A stretch of 46,685 nt of DNA, counting the filler, from Catajapyx aquilonaris (lineage: Eukaryota), in the NCBI GenBank assembly GCA_000934665.2. It is 2 parts of 2 records of this genome, joined end to end, with 100 filler letters (N's around TTAATTAATTAA, not from the genome) between each part and the next. Parts side by side here need not be neighbours in the genome. Positions count along the whole stretch, not along the records: positions 1 to 23,308 come from JYFJ02005707.1; 1 more part is not named here. One strand, given 5' to 3'. The position numbers and the translations under genes were made by a program. Of this stretch, positions 11,014 through 23,408 are shown one piece after another. The notes beneath the pieces were generated by a model. It searched no databases. It was not told where the DNA came from and was given only the letters and a program-made list of their open reading frames with translations. Position 1 is the stretch's first letter. Each line of letters opens with the position of its first letter.

Positions 11014-11396
11014 ATGTGAATAACGGTACCGTATTAAAGTAAATTGGGTGAACGAGAAGTGAGGAAATAATTAAAGATTGATGGAGAGGAAGAAGGAATA
11101 TGAATAGAGAAACAATGGAGGAACTGGAAATGCATCGCAAATTTCAAGCAATGGGTCCAGATATGATTTATTTTCATTAGAAGTGAAATTAATACCAAAA
11201 CTACCCTAAAATGAAATAATTAGTCAATTATATCAATGGAATGAATATGAACTGAATGAATAGTATATGGGTATGTAATCAAGATTAATGACAGATAATT
11301 GAAAATTAAATGAAATTGAATGCGTTATGAGTCCTGATGATTTGAAAAGAATATTACGGCATGAGCACCCAGCTAAGCAGCTCTCACAGCAACATT

Positions 11397-11423
11397 TACA
11401 TGTACATGTACATGTACATGTAC
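11397..11423. repeat. (TACATG)n microsatellite
   Basis: About 4.5 units seen directly. Confidence 0.9.
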
Positions 11424-11845
11424 AGTAGATACATATCTGTTTTGCTTCATTGTTGCCAAGAATTAATAATGAGGATAGAACCATAGCTAAACTTGAATCA
11501 TGCGCTGGTGCAATACTAGCCCTTAGAAGGCTGTGGCAGCTGAAGAAGAACGTGACCACGATTGACCTTTTTTGTGTTTTTGATTGAGAATGGCAATAGT
11601 GTAGGCTACCTCAGCATCTTGCATTTGCACTGCACTTAAATACACTTAAAGAATGAGGAGATGGACACAAAATACTGGGGGGAAGAGAAGTAAATCATTA
11701 GTATAGGAGGAGGGAGTACATGATTTTTCCTTGGGCCCACATTGGTTCTCAGGCTCATACCTCATTTAATTCTGAAATAACTATCGTTCTATCATAATTA
11801 TGCATTCAATTTATGAGATAACTTGAGTACTGACCGTAGCTATAT

Positions 11846-12283
11846 CTATATGGAAGGTGGCTGCAACAGCTGCCCTGTCTCATCTGCATCCCCTTTTGGG
11901 ACATCCTCATCTGCCAATTCAATCTGCTTTTCTATACGGGTGACCCTCTGCTTCATCTTGAGTTGGCTACTTGAGAACTCTGCAAGTAATCTGGCCAACC
12001 TGGTCTGCAGGTTATCCAGGGAAGCCTCGACTCTGGTGATCTTGACAGATAGGCTCTCATTCTCTTTCTCTGCCTGCCTGAGAGCCTCCTCATCTATGAG
12101 TCCATCTTTGAGGAGGATCTGTCGCCCACGATCCAGAAGCCTATCCTTGGCCTCTGGGTACTCCTTAAGCGCCTCCCAGAGGTCATCCTTGGAGAGGCAG
12201 AACAGGTCAGAGTATCCCACACTACGGACATTGGCTGTGCGACGGTTGCCAGTCTTGTTGCCAGTTATGTTCAGGATGCTCAC
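11846..12283 (-). CDS. CngA-like: CNG channel alpha subunit terminal exon (end of CNBD, C-helix, C-terminal leucine zipper)
   Basis: TTTGCCAG| acceptor; [47 protein letters not shown]...[10 protein letters not shown]; stop at 11846. Confidence 0.95.
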   Translation of the reverse strand: MSILNITGNKTGNRRTANVRSVGYSDLFCLSKDDLWEALKEYPEAKDRLLDRGRQILLKDGLIDEEALRQAEKENESLSVKITRVEASLDNLQTRLARLLAEFSSSQLKMKQRVTRIEKQIELADEDVPKGDADETGQLLQPPSI

Positions 12284-12353
12284 CTGGCAAAGAATGGAAG
12301 TGCTAAGTTATTTGCAGATATGGTTTAGTGTTACCAACATATTCAGCACCCAC

Positions 12354-12901
12354 TTCTCCAAACACACTCCCAGCCCCAAGTGTGACAAACACTGTTCGTC
12401 CATCATCAGCAACAACACTGAGTTGTCCTGTCTTGACAATGTACATCTCCTTTCCTACATCACCCTTCCTGCAGATGTAGTCCCCTGGACTGAAGACTTG
12501 CAGTCTGAGCTTGAGCACCAGCTCCACGAGCAGGCCTGGCTCACAGTCCTGGAAGATTGCCACCTGCCTAAGTGTTCCCAGGTGCACATGGATGGCAATC
12601 TCTGCCTTGAGCTTGTCCGGGAGTGAGCCCAGAACCTCATCTTCATCCAGCGACTGCTTGTTAGACCACAAGTAGTCGAACCAGCGAATCACCCTGTTCT
12701 CCAGTTCACGGGGCACTCGACGGAACTCCATATACTGCTTGATGCTGTCCATCTGGTTTTGGAACTCGGCCCGAGCAGCATTCACGTGTGTTATCATGGA
12801 TCCAATATTGCCCACTATAGTGGCAAATATCAGGACACCCATAAGGAAGTCAATAGTAACAAAGAGGTACTCCATATCTTGCTCAGGCTGAGGTGTCTCA
12901 C
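12354..12901 (-). CDS. CngA-like: CNG channel alpha subunit exon (pore exit, S6, C-linker, CNBD)
   Basis: TTGCAG|GT GAG ACA CCT completes [49 protein letters not shown] donor, 70-bp intron. Confidence 0.95.
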
Positions 12902-13225
12902 CTGCAATAAGATCATGTGAAGGCTGTGGAAAAAGGTTACAATGGAAGCTGCTGTTCTAAAGTTGATTCACTACTGAATGGGATCAGGTTCTGCATTTTT
13001 TTTAAACGCATGCCATGTGAATTATTTAGGCTTTCTAATTGAGATCTCTATTTCAGGCACTATAGGGTTGTCCGTAGGGATTGAGTTGATTCTGACAGGA
13101 TAAACCATTATGTAGGAGATTGGTGAAGGGGAAAGGGGTTAAGATTTCGTCTCTGTGACAATAATGTCAGGCCAAGAAGCCTTTACTTCAGACAATATCT
13201 CTTCTATGCATTAATTAGCATTTAC

Positions 13226-13838
13226 CAATAGTTGTAAGTGTGAGTGTAGACCAATAGAAGCTGTAAATGTATTGGTGCGCAAACGTCCCGTTGCGTCCAA
13301 TAGAAATATTCTTGTAGACCCATCCATCAGTCCCGAAGCCTATCGCGTAACTGATGCTGAAGTACAGGCAAGCATTCCAATGTATGAGGACTAGAATGTA
13401 CAGCACCACACGTCCGATCCGGAACAGGTTGGGGAATGATGTACGGGTTTCGGTCTTGTCGAAGAACTCGATCATTCTCGGGAAGCGAAGGATTCTGTTT
13501 AGACGGACTATAACAGGACACGGTATCTGCACATGGCAATCGGTTGATGGGAACAGAAAGTAGGCAAGGTCCGTGGGTATTAGGCTGACCACGTCGAGTT
13601 TGAATCCCCAGGTACGGACGTAGTATTTCCGGAGCTTCCAGGGGTCGGTGACCATCATGCCTTGCTCCAGGTATCCCTCATGGGCATGGATGGTCATGTC
13701 CAGGAGGTAGATCAGGTCGGATATGTAGTCCAGTGCATACCATAGGGATGGGAGGAGGTTCTGCAGTTCCCAGAACACTGTACGACCAACGATGAAGAGG
13801 ATGTTGTACATGACAGCGGTGCTGACGACACACAGCCA
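13226..13838 (-). CDS. CngA-like: CNG channel alpha subunit exon (S1-S5, pore helix)
   Basis: Pyrimidine tract and CAG| then WLCVVSTAVMYN; RLNRILR S4, HWNACLY, YWSTLTLTTIG; G|GTAAAT donor. Confidence 0.93.
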
Positions 13839-14247
13839 CTGCCAGTATGAAAGATAAGATGCGTTACTACTGCAAGAACAGTTAGTGGTTTATAACTGGA
13901 AACCGAATCTCAGCCAGAAATTTCCACGCACTGCTAGAGAAGCGCTTTTTTGAATGTCTCTGGTACAGGACACTTCAATTACTGAGTGACCCTTGGCTCA
14001 TCCTGAGGTGTGCTGATAAAATATAAATAAAATCGTGATTTTGGAATATTTGGTCCTGTCTCTTTTTGTTACTGTTTTAAATGCTAGTAAAATTGCCTCA
14101 AAAAATTCTGTCCTCAGAATTTTTCCCCAATTAGACTGTGATATAAAATATACCATATAATGAGGCGATGCGATGATTCCATAATCCTTTTTGCATCATG
14201 TGGCAAACCTTCGAAATCACATTTTTTCATTCATATTTCACACATGA

Positions 14248-14399
14248 TTAATGTACGGAAAACCAGAGAACGATCTGATCATCGTTTCTTCCATTGGTGC
14301 TTTTTGTTGCTACTGTTCCTACTCATATATTGTTCTGTGAGGGTATTTCCATGGAAACCTTGATGACGTCAGATCGTTCTCTCATTTTCCATACATTAA
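14248..14399. mobile_element. Short MITE sharing a core with 8904-9212 and 38545-38650
   Basis: TTAATGTACGGAAAACCAGAGAACGATCTGA / TCAGATCGTTCTCTCATTTTCCATACATTAA inverted ends. Confidence 0.65.
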
Positions 14400-14794
14400 C
14401 ATTACGTTATGTCAGGTTTAGTGAAGAATGCATCACTTAAAAAGTTAGGCATCGTAAAAGAGCAATGACGTAGTAAGATCAACTCCCGGAGAGATAGTCT
14501 ATAGAAGTACAGAAATATAAATATAGAAAATATACGAGTAGGCCTATAGCTGACTCAGCCCCACGCAACTCCCACGGTCCCTTTCTTATGATGACGGTAG
14601 AGAGTCTCCGCCAACATGAATCTTGTTACGCCACTGACTATTACCAGGTTGCATTGCTATTTTTATCACATTACATATTTAATAATATTACAGTACATAA
14701 TTGCATGCATGGACAGCATGAACATAGTACAGTAGCCTATAACTATAAAATGCAGGTGCATAATGACAGTGATTCTGTTGAAAAATTCAGGGCC

Positions 14795-14876
<82 letters not shown>
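14795..14876. repeat. (AAT)n microsatellite, ~27 units
   Basis: Seen directly. Confidence 0.98.
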
Positions 14877-14877
<1 letters not shown>

Positions 14878-14910
14878 GGTGGGGTGCATATATGGGTGCA
14901 TATATATATA

Positions 14911-15473
14911 CAGGGTGTAAATGAATTCGATCGACAAACTTGTAGGGGTAATAGAGGGGACCAAGACAAGTATTTTTGACATAGGAACCCGTGTCCGGAA
15001 ACGCCATCTAGAGGGGGTTCATAGACGAGGAACGGGTGCGCTCAGACGCTCCACGCGGGAGGCGCTAGGCGAGCGGACTTACTTGTTGATAGATGGCGCT
15101 CGGATAGTAAACAAAGGTGAGATGTGCCATAACCTGGCAACAACAGAGCCATCTGGCAACTAAAGTACGCCTCCTAGGAATCGCGTGGAGAGTAAACAAC
15201 GGTTCTGTTGTTGCCATGTTATGGCGTATCACATCGTTGTTTGCTTACGACGACGCGATATGCCATAACCTGGCAACAACTGCGCGTCCTCTATCAACAA
15301 AACAGTCCGCTCGCCTAACGCCCCCTCCTGACGCGCGTCTGAGCACACCCGTTCCTTGTCTATGAACCCCCTCTAGATGGCGTTTCCGGACACGGGTTCC
15401 TATGTCAAAAATACTTGTCTTGGTCCCCTCTATTACCCCTACAAGTTTGTCGATCGAATTCATTTACACCCTG
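14911..15473. mobile_element. Mariner-type MITE, 563 bp, long near-perfect TIRs
   Basis: TA|CAGGGTGTAAATGAATTCG...CGAATTCATTTACACCCTG|TA; arms near-identical for ~140 bp and similar to ~190 bp. Confidence 0.92.
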
Positions 15474-15785
15474 TATACATGCATATAATTATGTAGATTA
15501 GGTGGGCCTAGGCTGTCTAGTCTCTAGTGTATGAATGACTTTATTTATTATTGAAGGCCCATATTTTGATAATATTCATTGCAGATAATTTCATGTAGAG
15601 GACATACCGGTATGTACCGTACATCTTTTGAGACGTTCTACATAGTAAGCGTATTTTGGAATGCATTCTAAGTGCTGTAGGTTGCTGCTAATAAGATACA
15701 GTATGGTACTTATATAATTATTATACACATTGAAGTGTGTTTACACAGTTTTTAACACTCAATCCGGTTTTTTATAAGTCTGTTT

Positions 15786-16074
<289 letters not shown>

Positions 16075-18345
16075 ATGGCGGCCCTGAATTTTTTTCAGCT
16101 GAACCACTGTCATTATGCACCTGTATTTTATTGTTGTACTACTGTACTATATTCATGCTATCCATGTATGTAATTATTAATCTGCATTAACTTTTTTGTT
16201 GCTGTTGGTGCGTGTTGGTGTCATTGGTGTTGCCAGGAATTACCGCTGGGCAGGACTGGCGTGTGTTTCACTGGATCTGATTTCCGCCAATTCCCGCCCA
16301 AGTTCCCGCCCAAATCGCCTGGATACCAGATTCATTTGTTATCCAACTACCTGTGTAACTCAAGGTTGCCAGATCAAGGATGAGGTTCTCCTATCATTAA
16401 TTGCTAAATATTTTGGTATGCCAATCGAATCATCGGGTACAATAGTGACAATAAGTTGTATAAATTAAATTTGGTTATTATTACTCGTAAAAACATTAAA
16501 TTGTGTTATGACTATAGTTTCCCCTACACAGGTAGTTGGTTGCAAAGCGTCTATCAATCCACGTGGCGGATCTAGGGCGGCGGCGTCAGTGGTGTGCTTC
16601 CGTGTCGGCGTTTCCAGTTCATCTGCTCCCAGCTAATAAGATTTCGCTAGTCCTGTGATTGTTGTACCGTTGCACAACTTGCGGATCGTGCTTCACACCG
16701 GCAGGCAGCAATCGTATGTACCGGTACTCGTAATATTTCGATGCATGGATTCAAAAATAGGTAGGCCTAGCCTATCCCCTTGTGTATGCGGCAGGGGGAG
16801 TGGTGCCTGGGGGCAGATTGGCTATGTCGCAAAGGCAGATTGTTTTTTTGGATTTTGGAAAGGGTATGCTGTACCAACCTAACCTAACCTCACCTTCCTT
16901 CCTTGCGGATACAGACCTATCTTAGCGACACAGCCCGCTGCCCCCACCGACTACTACCCTCTTGCCTCCCGCACGACAGTAAGAGCAAGTACAGCCAAAA
17001 AAATGTAAGTGAATAACCCCTTGCTACTATTCGTCTTGTGCAGTGCCGGATTTATCTACCCTCCTGAGACCTGAGAAGCCATTGGTACAATCAAGAGCTA
17101 ATAAGGCACAAAGTTTTTACTTTTTAGGGAGTATGGTGTATGGATGTTACAGAAAATAAGAAAAGCTAGAATAATTTTATAGGCCTAAAGTATGAATATA
17201 AGGTCACAAACCAGAGTAGAAACCGAATAACAACGATAAACTGACAGGAAATCACTAAACTTGGGCAAAAGCCACAAAGTGCAAGCAAGTATCACTTGCT
17301 TTGGGGTCATTCCATGTCAGTTCATCCAGCCATGTCACCCACCATCTCAGATTTTCTTGAAATTTTAACTGGGCAAACTGTGTACTGAGAAACTAATATC
17401 CTGAAAATTTTAGCCTCCTAGCTCCTAGTTCTTGAGCTATGGCCAGGCAAATGAGGGTGAAAATGGCTACGGCAGAGTTGTGAAGGCACGACTTGTTTTT
17501 CAAAATATTTTATTGTGTGTTAACTAATCGGTGTAGAAGGTTGAAAATATTTGTACTTATGCACAGAAACCTTCCGATTCCAAAAATGCTGTCAGATTTG
17601 TGCTGAGATCATATCTTCACACATTAATCAATAACATTTGTTGGCATGACCTTGGAACTTTCACAGCTCATTCCCAAAATGTGTATCCTCCTATTTTAAT
17701 GAAATTGCACCAAAAGAAAGGCCTTGAAGTCTACTTTCAGGAGGTGTACAAATTTGTCTGTGTATTTGGGTTTTTCACCTTGATAATGGTACATTAACAC
17801 AAAGGTTCAATCAACAAGACTGTTCTCTTGACACACTCCTTCAGATTGCTATATAATTACTCCAGTATCTGGACATGACAATTTGAGTCTCATTCATTGG
17901 CCTAAAGAGGACACAATTACATTTTACAGTGTCTATTTGGCAACACCCCACTTATACAAGTGGCAACACAGTTCCTAACTATAGCAGCATGGTGTGAAAC
18001 TGGCAACATGTGGGCAGGTGAATCACTCACTCTAGATCCTAAGTTCATCATTGTGCACCTGCACATTCACAATGGCCAGTTCACATTGTTCAGTTGGCCT
18101 ATTAGTGAATGATCCCTGCCATAAAACCAGGTGTTGCTGGGGGAAAAAGTGGGTCAGAACTAAGCATGAGGAAAACCAGGAGATTCTTGCATTGCGAATT
18201 GGAGTACCAAAGAGCAATTTGGTCACCCTTTGCCTGCACCATGAAAAAGTGTACTTAAGTGTGTTCAAAAATGAAATTTTCCAGGTAGGTATAATTATTT
18301 TTGTAAAGACACAACACCAAAGCAAAACTTATTTCAACTTACATG

Positions 18346-18885
18346 TTATAAGTCACTTTTTTTCGTGAAATTACACCAAGCAGCTTCAATGTCCTTGGAC
18401 GACACCCGTGACAGTTGGTATTGCCTTCCAGTTGCAGTAGTACACGGCTGTAAACCGCAAAACATTAAAAAAGCATCACTGGTGAGTCTCTCATGGAACA
18501 TCAATTTCTAATGCTCTTCTAATGCTCTTCTAATGCTCTTGTGATGCTCCTGTGATGCTTTTTTGTTGCTAAAAAGCATCACAAGAGCATCAGCAGAGCA
18601 TTAGAAGAGCATTAGGAATTGATGTTCCATGAGAGACTCACCAGTGATGCTTTTTTAATGTTTTGCGGTTTGCAGTGTAGGCATTCCTACCACACATAGC
18701 ACATGTTGCACTGGAACCCAGCACTTATCATCAGGATTTGGCCAATAGTAGGATCTTGCTGGGCCATGTGGATGCATAAATTTCACATATACATCACCAT
18801 CAAAGTCATGTTTTACCATTTCATCCACAACCCCAAGATACCAATGGTGATCGTAAACACATGCAACAAAAGAGTTCACTTGCAT
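18346..18885 (-). pseudogene. Transposase C-terminal domain fragment split by a nested MITE
   Basis: FVACVYDHHWYLGVV...VKFMHPHGPARSYYWPNPDDKCWVPVQHVLCVVGMP[MITE]TTATGRQYQLSRVSSKDIEAAWCNFTKKSDL*. Confidence 0.75.
18443..18677. mobile_element. Palindromic MITE with CAC...GTG ends and 2-bp TA duplication (CMC/EnSpm-like)
   Basis: Inverted arms with internal TAATGCTCTTC repeats; removing it plus one TA restores the host reading frame. Confidence 0.8.
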
Positions 18886-20326
18886 GGTGCAGGCAAAGGG
18901 TGACCAAATTGCTCTTTGGTACTCCAATTCGCAATGCAAGAATCTCCTGGTTCTGACACACTTTTTTCCCCAACAACACCTGGTTTTATGGCAGGGATCA
19001 TATATTCACTAATAGGCCAACTGAACAATGTGAACTGGCCATTGTGAATGTGCAGGTGCACAATGATGAACTTAGGATCTAGAGTGAGTGATTCACCTGC
19101 CCACATGTTGCCAGTTTCACACCATGCTGCTATAGTTAGGAACTGTGTTGCCACTTGTATAAGTGGGGTGTTGCCAAATAGACACTGTAAAATGTAATTG
19201 TGTCCTCTTTAGGCCAATGAATGAGACTCAAATTGTCATGTCCAGATACTGGAGTAATTATATAGCAATCTGAAGGAGTGTGTCAAGAGAACAGTCTTGT
19301 TGATTGAACCTTTGTGTTAATGTACCATTATCAAGGTGAAAAACCCAAATACACAGACAAATTTTTACACCCCCTGAAAGTAGACTTCAAGGCCTTTCTT
19401 TTGGTGCAATTTCATTAAAATAGGAGGATACACATTTTGGGAATGAGCTGTGAAAGTTTCAAGGTCATGCCAACAAATGTTATTGATTAATGTGTGAAGA
19501 TATGATCTCAGCACAAATCTGACAGCATTTTGGTAATCGGAAGGTTTCTGTGCATAAGTACAAATATTTTCAACTTTCTACACCAATTAGTTAACACACA
19601 ATAAAATATTTTGAAAAACAAGTCGTGCCTTCACAACTCTGCCGTAGCCATTTTCACCCTCATTTGCCTGGCCATAGCTCAAGAACTAGGAGCTAGGAGG
19701 CTAAAGTTTTCAGGATATTAGTTTCTCAGTACACAGTTTGGCCAGTTAAAATTTCAAGAAAATCTGAGATGGTGGGTGACATGGATGGATGAACTGACAT
19801 GGAATGACCCTTTGACTCTATTACCGCTTATAGCCAGTTTCCACTTGCACAATATGTTGCCAAATATTTTTCTAAATTTTCCTGTTTGGAACAATCATAG
19901 GAAAATTTAGAAAAATATTTGGGATACGCGTCACAGAAACATGATTCGTAGTATTACTTCTGAACGATTTCGGACCTTTCAGGAGCACAAAAAATACTCC
20001 GCAAAAAAAACCAAATATGCCTCTGAAAGAATAGGTTCGTTATATGCCCAAAAAGACCCGAAATTGCTTCAAAAATTTCAAAAACTACCCCAGAAAATGC
20101 CAAATAGGCATGAAAAGTCGCAAAAAGCCAGAATATGCAAAATAGTTATATCAAAACCACGAAATAGGCCATTTTAGGCGCTATAAAACCTACATTTTCC
20201 ACATCGTTCACTTATGAAACGGATAGATCTCTTCACAAAACCATCCCAACTGTAAAGGAACTAAATAGGCATTTGCCTAAAAATCCGGACTCTAATAATA
20301 AGTTATTTTTGACACTGTCATAGGCT

Positions 20327-22242
20327 CAAGGGGGTAATCACTCGACTGAAAAGTGTACACCGGAGTACCAAATAATTCAAGGAGTACCAAGGAGTACCGA
20401 GGAGTACTTGGGAGTACCGAGGAGTACCAAAGAGTACCGAGGAGTACCTGGGAGTGCCAAAGAGTACCAAACCTAGCAGTGAACCCCCCCCCCCTCCCCC
20501 CGGATCTCAAACATAGGCCTATATTAGTTCAAATCCGCTATTTTAAGGTACAAAAACGCACATGCGCAAATCTAATNCCGGCGTTCATTACGATACATAA
20601 GGTGTATGCTGTGCATGTCAGCCGGACGGTGGGCCGTGCGGCCGTGGGCCATTGTGTGGGTTCCGGAATATATTCCGGAAGCCACATCACATGTCCCGAA
20701 GTCGCACGGTCGCGTGGTCGGACGGTCCGAGTCGTGGTTTGAGACCACAGCAGCTGGTAGTGTAATAGGTCAAAGTATACTAACTTGACCTTTTGGCCCA
20801 GACATTACAAAATGAGACGACAAGATATAATACAAAGCGACACTGCAAAAGTGCATCCGACTTATTGTAGTACCAGGATCAGAGGCGTAGGGAGGGGGAT
20901 GGGGTTGGGGGAAGTTGTAACCCTCCCTGCCCTGGACCCCAAAAAATATAGTTCAAATCAGCTATTTTAAGGTATAAAACCGCACCTTCGCAAATATTGT
21001 ATGTGGTGGATGATGTAAGTCATATAATTATATTCCAAATGGAAAATAACTGTTACGTGACAAGACATCCCGAATTTTCCGGGGCAGTCCCGAATTTTCA
21101 TCCTTTGTCCCTGATTTTTTCAAATGTCATTCGGGACGCCCATTTGTCCCGGATTCGGCCAAACTGTCACAGTTAGGGCTAGTGTTGTAGGGAAAACCTG
21201 ATTTTTCGTTTTTTCCTATGAAAATTTGGGTTTCTCTCGTTTTTACAAAGACCCAGGTTTTTAACAGAAAATCTGCATAGATTATTATGTTTCAAATATT
21301 TAACACATAAAATGATGAGATCAAAGCTCTCACAATCATAAAATATTTCCATTTTTTGTGATGTAGGCTATTCCAACTTGTCAGTACAAAAATGGAAAAA
21401 CTAATCTAGCCTACAGTTCTGGACATCAGTATGCCTATCACTACTGCTTGTGTCACCTTTTTTTGTTAGAATCAGATTCCACCACAGTAAAAGTGCAACA
21501 AAGCAGGTTTTTTTTCTGAGTTTTAAAATTACTTCTCATCGTGACCCATTTCTTTTTCCCGTGTAATGTAGGCTAATGTCGAATATGGAGTTTGACTACA
21601 ACTTGTACTACAATTATTACATATCCCATGCACACATTTATCTGGTATTTATACCTAGGTTTATACCTTGAATATATTACGCTCTTTGTATATACAGTAT
21701 TTCAGCCAATTCCCAAAGAGTCTGTTGGGTCATTTGCCAGTTGTAATTACTGATCTTGCATTTTCATCTTGCATAAAATATCTTGCATTTTCATTTAAAT
21801 AACTGGTGGCAGATATCCCGACATGTTCATAGTACACATATCCCCTGCGCATAAAACCACTTGGAGATTCTATATGATGCCAAGATGCATATTGTGTCAT
21901 AAAACCTTTGCGCTTTGGCAAAACGACATGGCCTAGCTAGTAGTTAATAGGCAGCAGCGCCTGATCCCATCCATGATTCTGTCAGCAGGAAACAATGGTT
22001 TAGCGAATGCCCCCCTTTTCCCACCTCCTCCTCTCAACCATCTGGTCTCCTCTTATTGTTAGGTACGTAAGCATATCAATTTTATCGTCGCGCCTTCCGA
22101 CGGGAGTAGGCCTACCTGGTAATACCAAAGGAGTACCTAGGAGTACCGAGGAGTACCTGGGAGTACCCAGGAGTACCAAAGAAGTACCGAAGAGTACCAC
22201 TGCAGGTGTACACCGGAGTATACCGAAGTGATTACCCCCTTG
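20327..22242. mobile_element. Non-autonomous element with 8-bp TSD (hAT- or P-like), 1916 bp
   Basis: TIR CAAGGGGGTAATCACT / AGTGATTACCCCCTTG; TSD CATAGGCT (20319-20326, 22243-22250); GGAGTACCNN arrays at both ends. Confidence 0.85.
20362..20470 (+). repeat. 10-bp tandem array GGAGTACC(RA/TG)
   Basis: About 10 units; second array at 22120-22200. Confidence 0.92.
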
Positions 22243-22259
22243 CATAGGCTCTTCTTATA

Positions 22260-22591
22260 CAGGGTGTTTCAACTTTTTTGTCCGAACAGTTATTGGAAAA
22301 TTGCACGTAGCTGCTACTTTGTAAGCAGTGACTTGCAACCGGTGATTTGTCGGAGGAATGGGGCATGGGGAAAAAGAGGGTCACACATCCCATGGTATGT
22401 GTGACCCTCTTTTTTCCAGGCTTGACCCTCAATTTTCAGCGGGCAGCACGTATGCCACTTCAACCTACTATTCGCAGGGAATATATTCCCCGTTCCTCCG
22501 AAAGATCACCATTTGCAAGTCACTGCTTACAAAGTAGCAGCTATGTGCAATTTTCCGATAACTGTTCGGACAAAAAAGGTGAAACACCCTG
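22260..22591. mobile_element. Mariner-type MITE, 332 bp, ~90-bp TIRs, internal hairpin
   Basis: TA|CAGGGTGTTTCAAC...GGTGAAACACCCTG; hairpin at 22369-22417. Confidence 0.85.
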
Positions 22592-22940
22592 TGTACATAT
22601 TCCACTAGCCGGGACACCCGTTTCTCGCAGGTTTGTTTTCATGGTATTGTTAGGTGACCAGACGTACAGTACGTCCGGAATTTTCAGTTTGTCCTGGATT
22701 TTATCAATAGTCATTATTGTGTCTCGATTCGGCCTTGTCACGATTAGGCTACGGATGGGTTAGTACAGTAGTACATGGTGTCCACAATGAACCTCCCTAG
22801 TTTCAAAGAACGGTACTGAAAAAAAAAATATAACTGCGGAGGTATTTAAGGTTTTGGTCAAGGGGGTAACCACTCCCCAAAAAAGTGTACACCAGGCCTG
22901 TTCCACAGGGACCTTGTATACAGTCGGTTACAGGATTTCC

Positions 22941-23066
22941 TTACTACATGAGGCGGCGAAATTAGCCTCCAACAGAAGGGCCTTAGCTATCTGGGGAGTG
23001 CCAAGCATTGCATCAAGGGGAGGCAGCACCTCTGTTGGAGGCTAATTTCTCTTCCTCATGTGGTAA
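22941..23066. mobile_element. Small inverted-repeat element
   Basis: TTACTACATGAGG..GAAATTAGCCTCCAACAGA / TCTGTTGGAGGCTAATTTC..CCTCATGTGGTAA. Confidence 0.6.
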
Positions 23067-23162
23067 AGGGTGCTCAGCACCCCCGAGTGAGAATAGGCGT
23101 ATCCCATGTAACTTATATCCCCTGTTTCTCCTACACTACTTATCGTAATCTTGTCAACTATA

Positions 23163-23308
23163 CAGGGTGTTTATTGTAACTCTGCAAAGACTTTCAGGGG
23201 TAATAGAGGGAATCAAGACAAGTATTTTTGACATAGGAACCCGTGTCCGGAAACGCCATCTAGAGGGGGTTCATAGACAAGGAACGGGTGCGCTCAGACG
23301 CGTCACGC
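23163..23308 (+). mobile_element. Second copy of the 14911 MITE family, cut by the assembly gap
   Basis: TA|CAGGGTGT, then near-identity to 14945-15050. Confidence 0.88.
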
Positions 23309-23408
23309 NNNNNNNNNNNNNNNNNNNNNNNNNNNNNNNNNNNNNNNNNNNNTTAATTAATTAANNNNNNNNNNNNNNNNNNNNNNNNNNNNNNNNNNNN
23401 NNNNNNNN
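23309..23408. other. Artificial scaffold linker/gap
   Basis: 44 N + TTAATTAATTAA (stops in all six frames) + 44 N = 100 bp. Confidence 0.93.

Larger units (their letters stand above)
17304..19810 (-). mobile_element. Internally deleted Sola2-like DNA transposon with ~930-bp TIRs
   Basis: GGGTCATTCCATGTC termini; 17304-18243 is the reverse complement of 18883-19810 with few differences; 4-bp TSD TTTG; internal transposase C-terminal fragment. Confidence 0.82.

Noticed and set aside
11823..12626. 267-aa ORF on +
   Set aside because: Antisense shadow of the CNG exons; no recognisable domain.
20362..22200. GGAGTACC arrays as CRISPR-like or coding repeats
   Set aside because: Head-to-tail decamers without spacers, at the ends of a TSD-flanked transposon.
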